Positions 62,796 to 64,000 of a stretch of DNA of 64,000 nt are shown here, piece after piece (within the stretch, counting starts at the first letter, position 1; every line of letters begins with the position of its first letter). This DNA is from an uncultured delta proteobacterium (lineage in GTDB: Bacteria > Desulfobacterota > WTBG01 > CAIYCZ01 > CAIRTM01), in assembly GCA_963804955.1 (NCBI GenBank), contig CAWDSQ010000024.1, positions 32,001 to 96,000 on the forward strand. Reading direction: 5' to 3'. The notes under the pieces were generated by a model. The model searched no databases and had not been told where the DNA came from. It was given only the letters and a program-made list of their open reading frames with translations. Made by a program: the position numbers and the translations under genes.

Positions 62796-64000
62796 ATGTC
62801 TGCACTACGCCCTACCCTGCACGAGCAGCGAACAAAGCTGAAGAATGCACACGAACAGCTTGAAGTCACACTGTCTGCGCAAAAGGGGTATGAAGAAATA
62901 TTTCTTACAACGAGCGCAAACAACTCCGACATACTTCAGCTTCTCAGCAAAAATTTCCGAGTGGATTATGTGAGCCCTTCAGCCTGGCCTATCACGGGAT
63001 ATACCCCGGAAGAAATCGTTGGGCGCAGCTGCCTTGACTTTATTCATCCGGATGACCTGTCATGTGCACTGGATGCTTTTTTTGAAATTATCGAGACCGG
63101 CCAGTGCGATCGAAGTATTGAATTTCGCATCAGGCACAAAAGCGGTTTTTATGTTCCTGTTGAAGCGACCGGCAAACATATGGAAAAAATGTATGCATGG
63201 CGGGGGCTTCATCCTTCATTACCGGAATATGACGAAACAGAAAGAGTCTGAACACGAGATATTTGAACAAAAGAAATTTTATGAAACCATACTGAACACG
63301 ATCTATGATGGAGTCTTCGTCACGGATCGCCACGACACAATCACCTTCATCAACAATGCTTTTTCACTCACCACAGGCCTGTCTGTCCGACAGGGTTATC
63401 GGCAAAAATATTCTGATTGATATATTGACGGACGGCCCGCAGCATTTTCAGTGCTATTATGCTCAGGCCCGCAGCCGCCTGACACCGGTAAATTTCGACA
63501 GCATTCCCGCCTCCACCTTTTCCGGAATAACAATATTCCTTTCCGGCTGGTGTATACCGAAGCATGCTGAAGGCGTTTTTGATGGAATGATCTGCACATT
63601 TACCGATATAACCGGACAGCAGCAGATTAAAGAAAAACTTTCTGAAAGCGAAACCCGCTTCCGCTCCATTGCGGAAACCGCCACCGACGGCATCATCACG
63701 GTGAACGGCTCCGGTGAGGTTGTGTTCTGGAATACGGCTGCATCGGTAATCTTAGGCTATACAGAGGCCGAGGTCATGGGTAAAGAAATCTATCAGATCA
63801 TGCCCGATGAGGTAGTGTCTGATCATGGGCGGATATTTACCGAACCCGAAGAATCCATCAGCCATCGTTCAGTCGGGACGACAGTTGAAGGCAGGGCCCG
63901 GCGAAAAGACGGCACAATTTTCCCCATTGAATTATCTATTGCAAGCTGGATGATTGGCGCGGAAGTCTACTTCACTGCAATCATCAGGGATAGTACGCAT
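62796..64000 (+). CDS. Multi-PAS sensor protein (frameshifted, runs off the window end)
   Basis: GYTPEEIVGR..DFIHPDD; RFRSIAETATDGII..WN.AA..LGY; RKDGTIFPIELS. Confidence 0.8.

Overview
Bacterial DNA from what looks like an anaerobic Deltaproteobacteria/Desulfobacterota-like organism; this taxonomy is an inference from gene content only. Many otherwise intact genes are broken by single-base indels, mostly at homopolymers, which points to an unpolished long-read assembly, so several CDS calls are stitched across frames. The main feature is a ~23-kb minus-strand multiheme cytochrome region (5.1-27.9 kb, interrupted by ruvCAB) with about 90 c-type heme motifs. It appears to encode a complete extracellular electron-transfer conduit: two CbcL-like cytochrome b/c quinol-side proteins, 15- and 16-heme periplasmic relays, an MtrA-like decaheme with a beta-barrel porin that has its own CxxCH, and several putative surface cytochromes, plus NHL and FGE-domain accessory genes. 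It faces an AioX/ArrX-like Cys-bearing binding protein with a two-component system. Other content: a DUF169 pair plus ferredoxin, a Ski2-like helicase, archaeal-type GlyA, two inverted copies of an MFS transporter with a PCP_red-like tail, a BPL_N/NarI/HdrD/MORN/ABC/MSMEG_0568-radical-SAM/GNAT cluster, a TetR-SDR operon with a periplasmic monoheme-PNPOx fusion, dksA-like and oppDF-like genes, and a partial PAS protein. No rRNA, tRNA, CRISPR array or transposase was recognised.
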